The notes under the pieces are model-generated. The model was not told where the DNA came from and did no database searches. It saw only the letters and a program-made list of their open reading frames with translations. This document shows positions 36,670 through 49,100 of a DNA stretch of 64,000 nt, piece by piece; position 1 is the first letter of the stretch; every line of letters begins with the position of its first letter. The stretch is taken from NCBI RefSeq assembly GCF_036321535.1, contig NC_087437.1, positions 106,268,001-106,332,000 of the forward strand, given 5' to 3'. This stretch comes from Camelus dromedarius. Taxonomy: Eukaryota. The translations under genes were made by a program, and so were the position numbers.

Positions 36670-37620
36670 ACTTCCAGTTCTGGTCAAGATGGAATAACAG
36701 GGTGCTATGGTCTGAATGATCATGTCCCCCCAAAATTCGCACGTTGAAATTCTAATCCTCAAGGTGACAGTGTTAGGAGGTGGGGCCTTCGGGAGGTGAG
36801 TAGGTCATGGGGGACAGAGCCTTCACAAATGAGATTAATGCCCTTTTGTTGTAATAAGAGAGCTGAGGGAGCTCCCTGCCCCTTCTCCCATTTGAGATAC
36901 AACAAGAAGTCTGCTGCTCAGAAGAGGTCCTCACTCGGCCACGCTGGCACCCTGCGCTCGGACTTCCAGCCTCCAGAGCTGTGGGAGTCAATCTCTGTTG
37001 TGTGTAAGCCACCCAGTGTGTGGTATTTGGTGACGGCAGCCTGAACAGGCTAAGACACAGAGACTGGATTTACTCTCCCTCCTTAGACAAATGTAACCAA
37101 AAAAAAAAAAAGAGAGAGAGAGAGACAGAGAGAACATTTTCTAGACCTTGGACATCAGGCAGCAGAGGACAGGGATCATAAGTGGGGGAAACAAATGAGG
37201 GAAGCCGGGTGATGGCCCGAGCTTCTGGCCTGGAGTGAGATTCCTGCGGGCAGCACGGGGTGAGGACCTCGGGGAGACAGCACCGGGGAGCCAAGGCAGG
37301 TCGAGTTTGCAGAGTAGAGTCCCAGAGGGAAGAGAGCTGGGCAGAGACAGAGCCTGGGAGCCTGGCAGGGGTTCCCTGGGAGCCTTCAGCTGAGTGCTGA
37401 TCTGTACAGATAAGTCAGGACACAACCCAAGGCTGAGGAAAGAACCACCTGACATGAGGACAGGGCACAGTGCTCGGTGCTCCCTGGGGTGGGGTTAGCT
37501 GTGCTTCCAGCAACCGTTAAGGAAAACCTTGCAATCCACAAGGTACTGAGTATAGTACTCAGAATACTAGCAGCCAAAGGCTGCCTTGGTCCCACCTGAC
37601 AAAGCTTAAAAAACAAGCGT
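36670..37620 (+). mobile_element. 5' UTR of an old L1 (L1MC/L1M4-like), interrupted by an MLT1 LTR
   Basis: acttccagttctggtcaagatggaataacaggg [LTR] actggatttactctccc...ttggacatcaggcagcagaggacag...gggaaacaaatgagg...ccttcagctgagtgctgatc. Confidence 0.7.
36703..37057 (+). mobile_element. MaLR solo LTR (MLT1A/B-like), complete
   Basis: Begins tgctatggtctgaatg and ends aggctaagaca. 5-bp flanks are caggg and cagag (4/5 TSD). Confidence 0.93.
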
Positions 37621-39425
37621 AGTCCCAGAACAAAGCTTTAGATTCCTTATAGAAACAAAAAATAATTTAGTATTGCTTATTTGCATTATTAAAAAAACTC
37701 TTACTTATCCTTCCAATTCTAGCGAAGATGCTGATTTCCTTCATCTAAACTCTTGCAGCATTCTTTTAGGACAATTAACTCAGCCTCTGTTGTATGAGTT
37801 TTGTCCAATTGCATTGTAAATGAGTTTCCTCTTGTTGTACTGTAAATTCCCAGACGGTGGATCACCCAAGAATTATGCATGTTTGTAGCTGTCTTGCATT
37901 GTTGAGGCCTTACATGCCATCTGATTTCAAAAGACATATTTGCCTAATAAATGAATGACTCTTCCAAGAAATTTTATCCAAAAGTATTAAGTACTAATTG
38001 GCTATTCATTTGTATGATGAATTTATTTATAAATCAACTTTTTCTAAACTGTGAAGGAAAGGAATATGGAAAATGATTAATTTGGGGGTTTCTGTGATGC
38101 TTAGAGTTTCCAGTTCCAACTTATTCCAGGTGATGTCACTATGGTAAAGATGTCTCAAACATCTGGCATGAAGAGCAGAGGGAGGAGGAGAATATGGCTG
38201 AATCAAGAGGAAGCATGTATTTGGGAGGATGCTGCTCAGATGTGGATGGGGAACAAGACAAAACATCAGAATTCAATTCTTGAAATCAGTGGATGAGTGA
38301 ATGCATTTATCTGATCTTACACGAGTTGGCAAAAAAGTAAACAAACAAATCTGTAATGAGCCTGGAAGCTGATGAAACTGCTGTTCTTTGCAAAGACACA
38401 GCAGGTAAACCTTCCCATGATCTGAACTGCACTGAGGCAGCCGATTACAGCCTTTAGTCTGGCTTCCAGGCTCTTTGGAAAGTAGTAAATGGGCCCCTTA
38501 TGGCTAAATTTCTGGCCATGGGCAGGTGTACTGTCTCTCTCCCCACAGGAAGTCAGGACAAATAATAGAGGAAGTCCAAAGCCACGACAGTGTTATTTAT
38601 TAAAAGGCGTTGTAATGGCTCAAGAGTAGTCTGAAAATTAACAGAAGTTGAAATTAAAATGTCTGCCTGGGTACTTTAGGCTTCAAAGTAAATAATATAG
38701 CTTTGAGTTTTAGCAGGTTTTTTAGAGGCTCCTCTGTCTTGTAGTGTTGTTAGTTTAAACGTCAAGGTAAAGGAACGGACGTAACTAAACACTTCATCCA
38801 CAAGCATTTACTGGGTGTCTTTCCGGAAGGAGAAAACGGGTCTGTTTTCCGGTATTTCTCAGCTATGCAGGGAGGCAGGCAGATGTGTGCATTAGCACTC
38901 CCCACAGAGCTGCTTGTGATGATCACAAGGGCTAGTGCTCGAGCTGAGGTTACACAGATGCTTTCTGTTGTGAAACCCGCCTCCACGGGACCATGATCTT
39001 CAAGGAGACGCTCCTTTCAGACCATTTCCTGTTGTCACCTTTGAGGTGAAAGGCGATTTTTCTAAGTAAGATAGTAATAAGCTGCATTTTACTCTTGGGT
39101 TTTTTTTGTTTTTTTTTTTTTGCCATTGTTTTGTTTTTGTTTTTGGTTCTGCCTAACCTGTTTAAAATTTAATTTTCCATATCAAGATACTGGATGTCCC
39201 CAGGGAAGAGAAAGTTTTTGCAAAGTTGGAGGAAATTCAAGGCAAGATGATGATGAGATATCATCGATATTCAAGCTGTAACTAAGCACATCAACCAAGA
39301 ATTACTGTTTCTGTTTTAAACCTATGAACCGATAATGAGTGTGAGGGAGATTTATTTGGAATTCTGCTGGAGACAGTCGTCATTGTGCAGCCCTTCATGG
39401 CCGTGAACAGCTTTGGATGCTGAAG

Positions 39426-39861
39426 TGTTGCGTAGAATAGGTTTCTGCACATGCAGGAAAGAATTCAACAGTGAGGCATCGTAAAGTGAAAGCAAGTTTG
39501 TTTAGAGAGATACACACTCCATAGACAGAGTGCAGGCCATCTCAGAAGGCAAGACAGAGAGTGACCACGACATGTGGGGTTGTTAGTTTCTAATGGACTC
39601 AGTAATTTCATATGCTAACAAGTAGAAGGATTATTCCAACTATTTGGGAAAGGGGAAGGATTTCCAGAAATGGGCTCTGCCCACTTTTTGACCTTTTATG
39701 GTCAGTCTAGGAACTATCATGGCACCTGTGGCTGCGCCATGAGGCTCAAGGTCTACTGGAAGGTGAACCTTCCGTCATCTTGGTTCTAACCAGTGTGTCC
39801 TGTCCTCAATGGCTGTGTCATTCCTTCAGTGGCTGTGCCCTGCCCCTTCCCTACTGTCTCA
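39426..39861 (-). mobile_element. ERV1-type solo LTR (436 bp)
   Basis: TG...CA termini flanked by an identical 4-bp GAAG (39422-39425 and 39862-39865), with LTR-like body. Confidence 0.7.
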
Positions 39862-40615
39862 GAAGTACTCCATTGGTGAGGGCCAGTATGCCCAGGGAGA
39901 GGCCACAGGCTGAGTTTTATGGGGAAGGTTCTCAGGCTTTAGATGGAGAAATGGGGAAATTAGTCTCGATGCTCTCATAAATGTTTCAAAAATAGATACT
40001 AAAGAAGTGAAATAAGTTTTAAAGGTGCAGAGAGGACCTGGGCTTCCACGGCCGTGACCAGGACTTGATTATAAATGAGGCTGGAATGAGTTTCCTTGAC
40101 TAGGTGGCTAAAAAGTCACAGTCTGTTCCTAGAAAGTATCAGGGAAGTAACCTGACCCCACAGAGGAGGCAGAGTGACATCCCCTAAAATGTGATGCTAG
40201 TAATGAGGGTAAAATGGAGACTGGAAAAAAAAGAGAGGGGAAATTTTGATTCCTGTTCACAGAATAAAATCTATAAAGGAAAACAGTCTTTGGGAAGCAA
40301 ATCCTGTCAAAATAAATCTTGTTTTTCAAATCTGAGTTTCATATTAACAGCAAGACAGTTGCCGGTTTGTCTGGAGTGTGCAGGTTGAAGCATTTTCCTA
40401 ACCTAAGTTTTCCCCAGAGATCTGTCTGGGATTTTTTTCTGTACCCCAAGTTTTCAACAAACATTGATTAAATGTCTACCCTGTGCTAGGAGATACAAAA
40501 GAAGCATTTGTCGATCTTTGCAGGAGAAAACTGACCCATGGTAAATGGAGTTGAGATTCCTAATATTTGGGGATTTTGTGGAAGGGTAAAATCACATAAA
40601 CAGTCCAAACAAGAA

Positions 40616-40968
40616 TATATTATTTCCCCAGAGCTGCCATTGACAAGGTACCACAGAGTAGGGGGCTTAAACCACACAGAGTTATTTCCTCACAGTTCTG
40701 GATGCTGACGGTCCAAGGTCAGCAGAGCTGGTTCCTTCTGCAGCCTCTCTCCTTGGCTGTCTTCTCCCCGTGTCTTCACGTGGTCTTCACTCTGTGTGTG
40801 TCTGTGCCCTAACCTCCTCTTCTTATAAGGACACCAGTCACGTTGCGTCAGAGCCCACCTTAATGACCTTATTTTAATTTAATGACCTTTTTAAAGACCC
40901 TGTGCTGAGGCACCAGGGGTTAGGACTTCAACCTATGAATATGGGGGGACCCAATTCAGCTCATAGCA
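40616..40968 (-). mobile_element. MaLR solo LTR (MLT1A/B-like)
   Basis: gctgccattgacaaggtaccacag...ttcttataaggacaccagtca...caattcagctcatagca. Flanks are aagaa and aacaa (4/5 TSD). Confidence 0.9.
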
Positions 40969-41609
40969 AACAACAAAAGAACAAAGCCACAAACCAACTC
41001 TGGGTGGATGACACGCAGTTTCAAACTTTTTATTTTGCCAAATCAGGAGCATAAAAAAACCAACACATGGCACCATCATAATTTACTAAAAGAAATGATT
41101 TATTAACAGAAAAAAGAGTGATGATGATATAATCAAGGAAAGGAATTTCCTTTAAACTAAATGCATTTAGCTTCATAAACATCTTATAGACCTGTCCTCA
41201 TTTTTAGGACCAGTGACTTGTTGAAGTATTTATTAGTGACGGGGGCTGATCTGCCAAAATAAGAGGACAAAGTTGTTGTAACATGATGCCCTAACCAAAA
41301 TGTGGTTCTAACATTTTCAAAGCCTTAATCACCCTGCTGGAAATTTTGCAGGAATCTAACACCTGAATATATCCTGAAGCTTTTGTTCTGGGGAAACCAT
41401 CAGAAGAGATTAGTTGGCTATGCATATATTAAGCAGATTCCTTAAACCAGAAGAGATCCGAAAGAGGTAGAAAGATAGCAATAATCTAGAGAAAAAGGGA
41501 GAGAGCAAGGAGTGAAGGCAGGGTGGCACTTGAAGAGGGTATCATATTTCTCTGTTTGAATGTGAACTGCTCTATGCCTATGATCTGCCACTCCCTTTAG
41601 TGGAGATGG

Positions 41610-41610
<1 letters not shown>

Positions 41611-41647
<37 letters not shown>

Positions 41648-41666
41648 TTGTTGTTCTTCTTCTTCT
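41611..41666. repeat. (TG)18 microsatellite followed by short (GTT)n(CTT)n
   Basis: Directly visible. Confidence 0.97.
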
Positions 41667-43317
41667 TTTGTTGCTTCTGTTACTTGAAAAGTTGATCACA
41701 AGTGATCTGGAGCTGAGACTTGATGTTTGTGGAAACCACGTGAATTTTCATCTCACACGAAGAGGGAACGAGGCTGCAGGTGGAATTCAGCCTGGACTAT
41801 GCTGTGGGTCTATTAAAGCAGAGTCATCCATATTTGGAGAAAGGTTCTGATGTTGTACCAACGTGTTCTGATGTAGTTTCCTACTGAGGCTCTATGATAC
41901 ATTCAAAGTCCTGTGCGCAAGTCTTTTGTTGAACAAAAGGGGTATTCCCACCATCAAGTATCCCAGGAACAAATGCATTCAAAAAACGGAATTAAGACTG
42001 ATCCTTCAGTCCTGAGACTGGCTTGGAATCTAAGCCAGTCAAGAGGAAAACTTAGGGAGAAGGTGGGTGGGTCCTGGTTCTGTTGTGTAGGTCTTCTGCT
42101 GGTAAGATAGGTCAGAAGTGTTAGCAGACAAGCTCAAGGGCACTCTCAGTGGAGGGTAAGGAATCTCCTATCCTCATGCAGGTTAGGTCAAGGTAACCAG
42201 TCAGGATGACTCTCGTCTGAAGAGCTCCGAGAGCAGAAGTATCCACTGAAAGCAAAAATAAAACTGCTTGTCTATTGCATTGAAATTACTTTCTGCAATC
42301 CCTGAACCTTGAGGAAAAAGCCTTATTAAAGACGGTAACTTGTCTCAGATGTGCTGTGAGCAAGTAAAGAGTTGGTTCCATGTTTGGCCCATGGATGAAG
42401 AATTTAGACAAGATAATATGTGGATCCTGATGTAATTTAAGACTTGCATTTTGTTCATTATGGATTTTTTGCATACATTTAAAAATATTGCATTAAAATA
42501 TTACTTACCTTAATCACTGGGTTTTTTGGTGCCTCTGTAGATTTTGTATCAGTTCTGATTCTTTCAACTCTAAAATTCCAGGGTCTGTTTTACAATGAGA
42601 CAAGGAGTTTTAAGTTTCCAAGTTCACAGCAAATGAAACAAGGGAATATAATGATAAGGCTGTATGTCACGGTAGGGAAAAGCTTGACAAAACACATAAA
42701 AGTGTTTCATGACTGTGAGAGCTGTCAACATATATATATAAACTTTCTCAGTAAATGATATTCGACATTGGATATGGAAGAATGAAGAGAGAGGAGGGGA
42801 GAAACTGTAGCCTTGAGAGTAGTGGTGGCAAGTCTCAGTGTGACAATCACATCAACAAGTCACTGGTGGCACTTTAGGCCAAAACTCTTGGCCTAAAACT
42901 GTGCATTCGGATATGATGAGCTTATGCTTATTTTTGGATGTGGCACTAGGGCAAGTTGAAAATATCTCTACCCACACTTGGAATAAATCATTACTGTGGG
43001 AATGTTATGTCACAGTCACAGCATTTTCTTGAGTTTAGAAAAATATAAGGATTAAATTTAAATATCTGGAAGACTTCTGATTCTAGCTCTGACATGCAAA
43101 GAGGTGGGAAGTTGTCCTCACAATAAGAAAAAGCTGAACAAATTGAAAATCTACGACTATTCTTGGACCCGTCGGAGAGTTGAAGTTATAGGATGAACTG
43201 CCATCTGAAACCCGGGAAGACAACTGAGTTCAGAGAGTCACAGCCAATATCTGCTCAATGCTACTCAAATAGAAGTTAGTGGAGCTACACACTGGTAGGA
43301 ACACACTTAACGGATAA

Positions 43318-43410
43318 TTTTTCAAATTGCAGTATAGCCAGTTACAGTGTGTCAGTCTCTGGTGTACAGCACAATGTCCCAGTCATGCATATACGTACAC
43401 ATATTCTTAC
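43318..43410 (-). mobile_element. Short 5'-truncated young L1 3' end nested in the old L1 5' UTR
   Basis: ttttttcaaattgcagtatagccagttacagtgtgtcagtctctggtgtacagcacaatgtcccagtcatgcatata. Confidence 0.75.
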
Positions 43411-44122
43411 CTGGTCATTTTGATGAACTGCTGGAGGCTGTGTGTGGACTAGCTTGAGAGTTAAAAACTCCTGGGATCCAGTCTAAGGGGAACTCCCACA
43501 CTTTCATAAGTTTTACCTCCAGGAATCTCATCAGATTTCATAATGAAGAGCCAAGAAAGATCCTTTCCTGGCTCTGGTAGAGAAATAAAGAAAGAGTAAC
43601 CCCTGGGAAACATGCTCAGAGCACTCTCCATCACAGAAGAGACTCTTTAGTGGAAAGTTTATCTCAACTGAGGAAGGGCCTTTCTCTCCCTTCAGCCCCC
43701 TTCACTTAAGAAGGCGGGCAAGATGAGAAACACCTGCAAAAGTCACAGCCCAGGGGCACAGGCCCACAGAAGTCCTGGGGTTAGATCACAAGAGTACAGG
43801 CTGCTTCCCTTCCCTCGCACCTCACCACCACACAGTGCTGCTCCATTATGGTAACAGTGGGCTGCTGTCACATTGCTCTTCGTTCCTAGTGTTTCCTTTG
43901 ATTCCTTTCTTAGAAAATTGATCGGATGCGAGCTGCAGATTCTGAGGAGTTCTCAAGGATACCCGAAGTCAACAGGGGAGACAAAAAAGACACTAGAGGA
44001 ATCTGAAGTCTTTGGCACCTGCAGTAAGACACAGCCCAATTCCTAGTCAGATTAACATACAAACTCACTCTAGAGTCCTATAACCTCAGTTCATGTTACC
44101 TGATACATCACGTTTGGCTTTC

Positions 44123-44218
44123 AAATAAAAAAAAAAAAAAATTCCAAGCATGCTGAAAAAAAAAAAAAAAAAGAAGAAGAAGAAGAGAGAAAAAAAGAAA
44201 GAAGAAAAAAGAAGAAAA
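44123..44218. repeat. Poly-A/(GAA)n low-complexity tract
   Basis: Directly visible A-runs and GAA repeats. Confidence 0.9.
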
Positions 44219-44615
44219 TCACAAAGCATAAAAGATAAAACAGATATCAGAATTAGACTCAGGTATCACACAATTTTTGGAATGGTCAGATAGGGAATTC
44301 AAAATAACCATGACTAATATGTTAAAGGCTCTAATGGAAAAAGCAGACAATATGCAATAACAGATGGGAAATATAGGCAGAGAGATGGAAACCTTAAGGA
44401 TGAATCAACAGGAAATGCTAGAAGTCAAAAAAATTATAACAGAAAAGCACAATGCTTTTGATGTGCTCATTAGTAGGCTAAAAATACTGAGGAAAGAGTC
44501 AGTGAGCTTGAAGATTTGTCAATAAAAAGTTTCCCAAACTGAAATACAAAGAGTAAAAAGGATGAATCAAATGGAACAGAACATCCAACAAAAGTGGAAC
44601 GACTTCAAAAGATAT

Positions 44616-44759
44616 NNNNNNNNNNNNNNNNNNNNNNNNNNNNNNNNNNNNNNNNNNNNNNNNNNNNNNNNNNNNNNNNNNNNNNNNNNNNNNNNNNNNN
44701 NNNNNNNNNNNNNNNNNNNNNNNNNNNNNNNNNNNNNNNNNNNNNNNNNNNNNNNNNNN
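44616..44759. other. Sequence gap (144 N) inside L1 ORF1
   Basis: Directly visible. Confidence 1.
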
Positions 44760-45080
44760 GTACCAGAAGATCTATACATAAGCATATCATATTCAAACTG
44801 GAGAAAACCAAACACAGAAAATCTGGAAAGAAGTTTGAGTGGGAAAGAAAAAATCCTTACACGTAGAGAAATAAAAAGAATTACAATGGACATCTCATCA
44901 GAAAACATGTAAACAAGAAGAGAGTGAAGTGAAATATTTAAAACATTGAAAGAAAAACCCCACAACCTAGAATTCTATGTCCCACAGAATTATCCTTTAA
45001 AAATGAAAGAGACATAAAGGCTTTCTCAGACAAACAATAATTGCGGGGATTCATTGCAGCAGACATGTCCAACAAGAAAG

Positions 45081-45473
45081 ACAAATATCATATGATGTCA
45101 CCTATATGTGGAATCTAAAAAAAAATTATACAAATGAACTTATTTGCAAGCTGGAAATGGACTCACAGACATGGAAGGCAGACTGTGGTTGCAGGTGGGG
45201 GGGATGGGTTGGGAGTTTGGGATTGCTATGCACACTGCTATCTATGGGATGGATGGACAGTGTGGTCAGGGTTTTGTAGCGGCAACTAACACAAGGGTGT
45301 CTAGGGGAGGGGCAGATATATATATGTGTGTGTGTATAACTGCATCACTTTGCTGTGCACCCGAAACTGGCTCAGAACTGTAAATCACCTATACTTCAAC
45401 AAAAATAAATTTGTTAAACACTTTTTATTGAGTTATAGTCATTTTACAGTAATGCGTCTAAATAAATTTTTTT
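45081..45473 (+). mobile_element. Younger L1 3' end nested at the end of the old L1 ORF1. Includes a tiny antisense L1 tail at ~45421-45458.
   Basis: acaaatatcatatgatgtcacctatatgtggaatctaaaa...gactcacagacat...tataactgcatcactttgctgtgcacccgaaact. Flanked by aagaaag on both sides. Confidence 0.82.
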
Positions 45474-46783
45474 AAGAAAGAAATGTTTAAAGAAGTTCTT
45501 CAAGGAGAAGAAAAATGATACAGGTCAGAAACTCAGATCTACATGAAGAAAGGAAGACTGTTGGAGAAGGAATAAATGAAAGTAAAATAAAATCTTTTAT
45601 TTTTCTTATTCTCATTTGAGCTAAAAGAACTTATTTAAATAATAATAGTAACAACGTCACGAGTGATTATATGGACAAGTGAATTGAATGCCTGAAATGT
45701 CATAAGAGGTGAGGAGGAATGGGAATACTCTGTTTAAAAGTATTTGTGCTATATATTAAGTGGTATATAGTATTATCTGAAGGCTGACTTAGATTAGTTA
45801 AAAATGTATATTGCAAACTCAAGAACAATCACTAAAAAAAATTAGAAGTATAATTGATACGCTAAGAAAGGAAAAAGAATGGAATCAATTAAAACCAAAG
45901 GAGGCAGAAAAAGAGAGGAAAAAGAAAGAATAAAAGCAAAAAATAGAAAACATTTACAAACATGGTAGACATTAATCCAAGTATATAAATAGTGACTTTC
46001 AATGTGAATGGTCCAAGCATATGAAATAAAAGACAGAGACTGTCAAAGTAGATTAAAAAACAAGCCTCAGTTATATGTTGTCTACAAGAAACCCACTTTA
46101 AACATAAAGACTCATATTAAAAGTAAAAGGATGAAGAAAAATATACCATAGTACCATTAATTTTTAAAAAGGTGGAGTAACTATATTAATTTCAGACAAA
46201 ACAGACTCTTCAGAGTAAGGAAAATTATCGGGGATAAAGAAGGGCATTACATAAAAATAAAAGAGCTGATTCTCCAAGGAAACAAAATAATCTTCAACAT
46301 TTATGCACCTAGCAAGAAAGTGTCAAAATATATGTGGCAAAAAGGAACAGAACTACAAATAGACAAACTCACTACTGTGGTTGGAGACTTTAACAACCCT
46401 CTTTGAGTAATTGGCAGTTCAGCAGACAAAACTCAGTGACAATCAGTAAGGATGTATATAAGAATACAGTTGATCTGAATGGCTTCATCAGTCAACAGAC
46501 TCTAATTGACAGTGACATAATTCTTCACCCAGAATGGCAGAATACACATTCTTCTCAGACCTACATGGAACATATACCAAGACAGACCATGGAACACACC
46601 TGAACACATTTTTTTTTAAAAAGATATCATACAAAGTGTGTTCTCAAATCACAAAGGAATTAAACTAGAAATAAAGAAGAGAAAGACAGCTGAAAGACTC
46701 CCAAATGTTGGGAAATAAAGCAACACAATCCTAAATAACTCATGGATCAGAGATAAAGCCTCAAGAGATGCTAAAACTGTTTT

Positions 46784-46895
46784 GGGGAAAAAAAAGGCTA
46801 GCTCAGTGGTAGAGCTCACGCTTAGCATGCACAAGGTCCTGGGTTCAATCCCCAGTACCTCCGTTAAAGATAAATAAATAATAAATAAATAAATA
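46784..46895 (+). mobile_element. tRNA-derived SINE (Vic-1-like) nested in L1 ORF2
   Basis: A box tagctcagtgg, B box ggttcaatcc, then cccagtacctcc and a (TAAA)n tail. Confidence 0.92.
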
Positions 46896-48949
46896 TTTTA
46901 GAAAGTGATTTGAGCTAAATGAAAATGAAAATACAGTTTATCAAAATTCTTGGGATGCAGTGAACTCAGTGCCTAGAGGGAAATTTATAGCATTAAGTGC
47001 ATCCATTAGAAAGAAGAAAGATCTAAAGCCTATGACATAAGCTCCCATCTTAGGAAACGAGAGAAAGAAGAACAATTTAAGGCTAAAGCAAGCAGAAAAA
47101 ATAAGATAAAATTTAGAATGGGAATCACGGAAACTGAAAACAGGAAATCAATAAGCAAAATGAATAAAGCTATTTGAATCTAACAAACAAAAAGCTGAAC
47201 TTTTGTTAATAAAATTGTTTCATTATTGGTTCAATAGTTATGACAAATGTAATATGTTAATAACAGAGGAAACTGGGTGTGGGGCACATGTATCTCGGAG
47301 TAACTTGTACTCTCTTGGCAATTATTCTGTAAATCCTAAACTGTTAACATAATTAAGTTTATTTTAAAAAATTAAATATCTGGCTTGAGAAGGTGGCCTC
47401 ATGACTAAGCAAGTTGGCAGAATCTGCTTTCTAAAAGAGCTGTAAGAAAACACGAATACCCGTTATTTGGGATGGCTCAGCTCAGACCTGGCCAAGGCTC
47501 TCAGGCAAGGCATATTTTGGGTTCCTGAGTATGAAATTGTCTAAGATCTCTAAGTAGTCACTCTCACCCATTTCCAAATGCAGCAGGGTATAAATAAGTC
47601 TATAGCTTTTAAAAAAAAAAATCAGATGTAAAAGGATAAAAAATCAAGGACAGAGAGAAAAGACAGAAAGGTTATCTCTGGAAATAGCATTTAAAAAGTG
47701 AAAATTCAGCATGACCGTAGATTTGCAAAAACTGCTTAGGTTAACAAGAGCAGCTTTATTCATTTTTTTTTTTCTTTTTAAACTAATTTTGAAAGAAAGA
47801 GGAACATCGACTCCGTAAAATCAGCCTTAGATTAGAAAAGATGAGGTATTATATTGCTTTATCTTCTAGTTTTGGCTTTAGGAACAGGAACACCCCAGTT
47901 AACAGGAACTAAAATAAGACAGAAAGCTCATTTCATTCTCTTATCAAATTTGGAGGCAGATTGACTAGGGCTTGATTTCCTCGTTTGTAAAATTGACAGT
48001 TGTACCTGGTTCATGGGCTGCTGAGATGATTGTTATCAACATTTTAACTTTTACTCAGACTTTAATGGGGAATGGGTTTGGGCATAAATGTGAGTGACAA
48101 AAGCAACTTTCATGGCCTGGGACAGATTAACTCTCAGCAGGATTGGGTTTATAGCTCTTCCCGTCCTGGGATACTGGTTAAAGTTTGAGAGCAAGTTAGT
48201 TTGGGAGGTGATTCTGGAAGTTACCACAAGTTCCCCCTACATTAGGGCAGAGGGCAGACCACTGGTTCATCCACTGATTCATTCTCCTAATTCAGCTTCA
48301 TCTTTCTTACAACTTGTGGTGTATCTTTGAGATTCAGGCAACTGGCTGGATGTCAGTGCTGGTTCTCAGTGTATTACGAGTTTTTACCGATGCCAGTGTT
48401 TGCAGAGATTTTTAATGAAAAGTTTTGCAGTAACTGCACTAGGAGCTGCTCTCCAGATAGCCTTTCAATTTGAAGCTTATTCTTATCGCTCCTAAAAGGA
48501 TGCTTTGCTGTAGTTGCTAAAGGGATCCTAACACTGTAAAATTTGTTGATTTGCCACCTATGTTTCTTAATCTTCCGTCTAACAAATGTTGAAATAAGTG
48601 CTCCTTCCCTGATGCCAAGTCAGAGAGTATTTGAATAGAGAATTAATAATTTGTAGGAGTTTTAGTAGTTTATATCCAGGAGGTCTTGAGAAATGGGAAA
48701 CAATGGAAGAGTTCAGGAAACAAAACTTCATGACCAGTATCCACCAGCTAAAGCTAAGTTCCATCAGATAGGACTGCTTTTCTTAGACAGGAAGATTGCA
48801 GCCCATGCACCTTCAGATTTCTCGCTTATATTTCACGCCACTTGCTTTGGAACATTATTTTCATATTCATGCATCTTCGTATTATCTTTTTCTAATAGCA
48901 TCCCGGTCCTAGTTCTGGATGTGTCACTGGTCAAAGGGCATTGACATCA

Positions 48950-49100
48950 CACAAGTGTTCAGGCCCAGAATCATCTCCACTTTACAGGTAAGGAAATGCA
49001 TGGACAGAAGTTCAAAGTCAAGCTTATACTGTGAGTCAGTGGCAGAGATAGGGTCCAATCTAGATCCACCTGGCTCCAAATCCAGTGCTTTCTCCCTCAC
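48950..49100 (+). mobile_element. MIR SINE fragment
   Basis: tccactttacaggtaaggaaat...gtcagtggcagagatagg...ggctccaaatccagtgcttt. Confidence 0.7.

Larger units (their letters stand above)
43070..47371 (+). mobile_element. Old L1 (L1MC/L1MD-like) with 5' UTR, ORF1, ORF2 endonuclease region and 3' end. Most of ORF2 is deleted and younger elements are nested inside.
   Basis: Identical 12-bp TTAAATATCTGG at 43058-43069 and 47372-47383. ORF1-like text at ~44300-45060, ORF2 start at 45962 (MVDINPSI*IVTFNVNG), 3'-end text at 47218-47371. Confidence 0.88.

Noticed and set aside
41828-41837. CArG box CCATATTTGG
   Set aside because: Several CC(A/T)6GG matches are expected by chance at this base composition.
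42873-42897. Perfect 10-bp inverted repeat TTTAGGCCAA/TTGGCCTAAA
   Set aside because: About one such repeat is expected by chance in 64 kb of AT-rich DNA, and there is no supporting context.
46797-46862. tRNA gene (A and B boxes present)
   Set aside because: The boxes continue into a SINE body and (TAAA)n tail, there is no proper acceptor stem, and three similar copies occur in the window.
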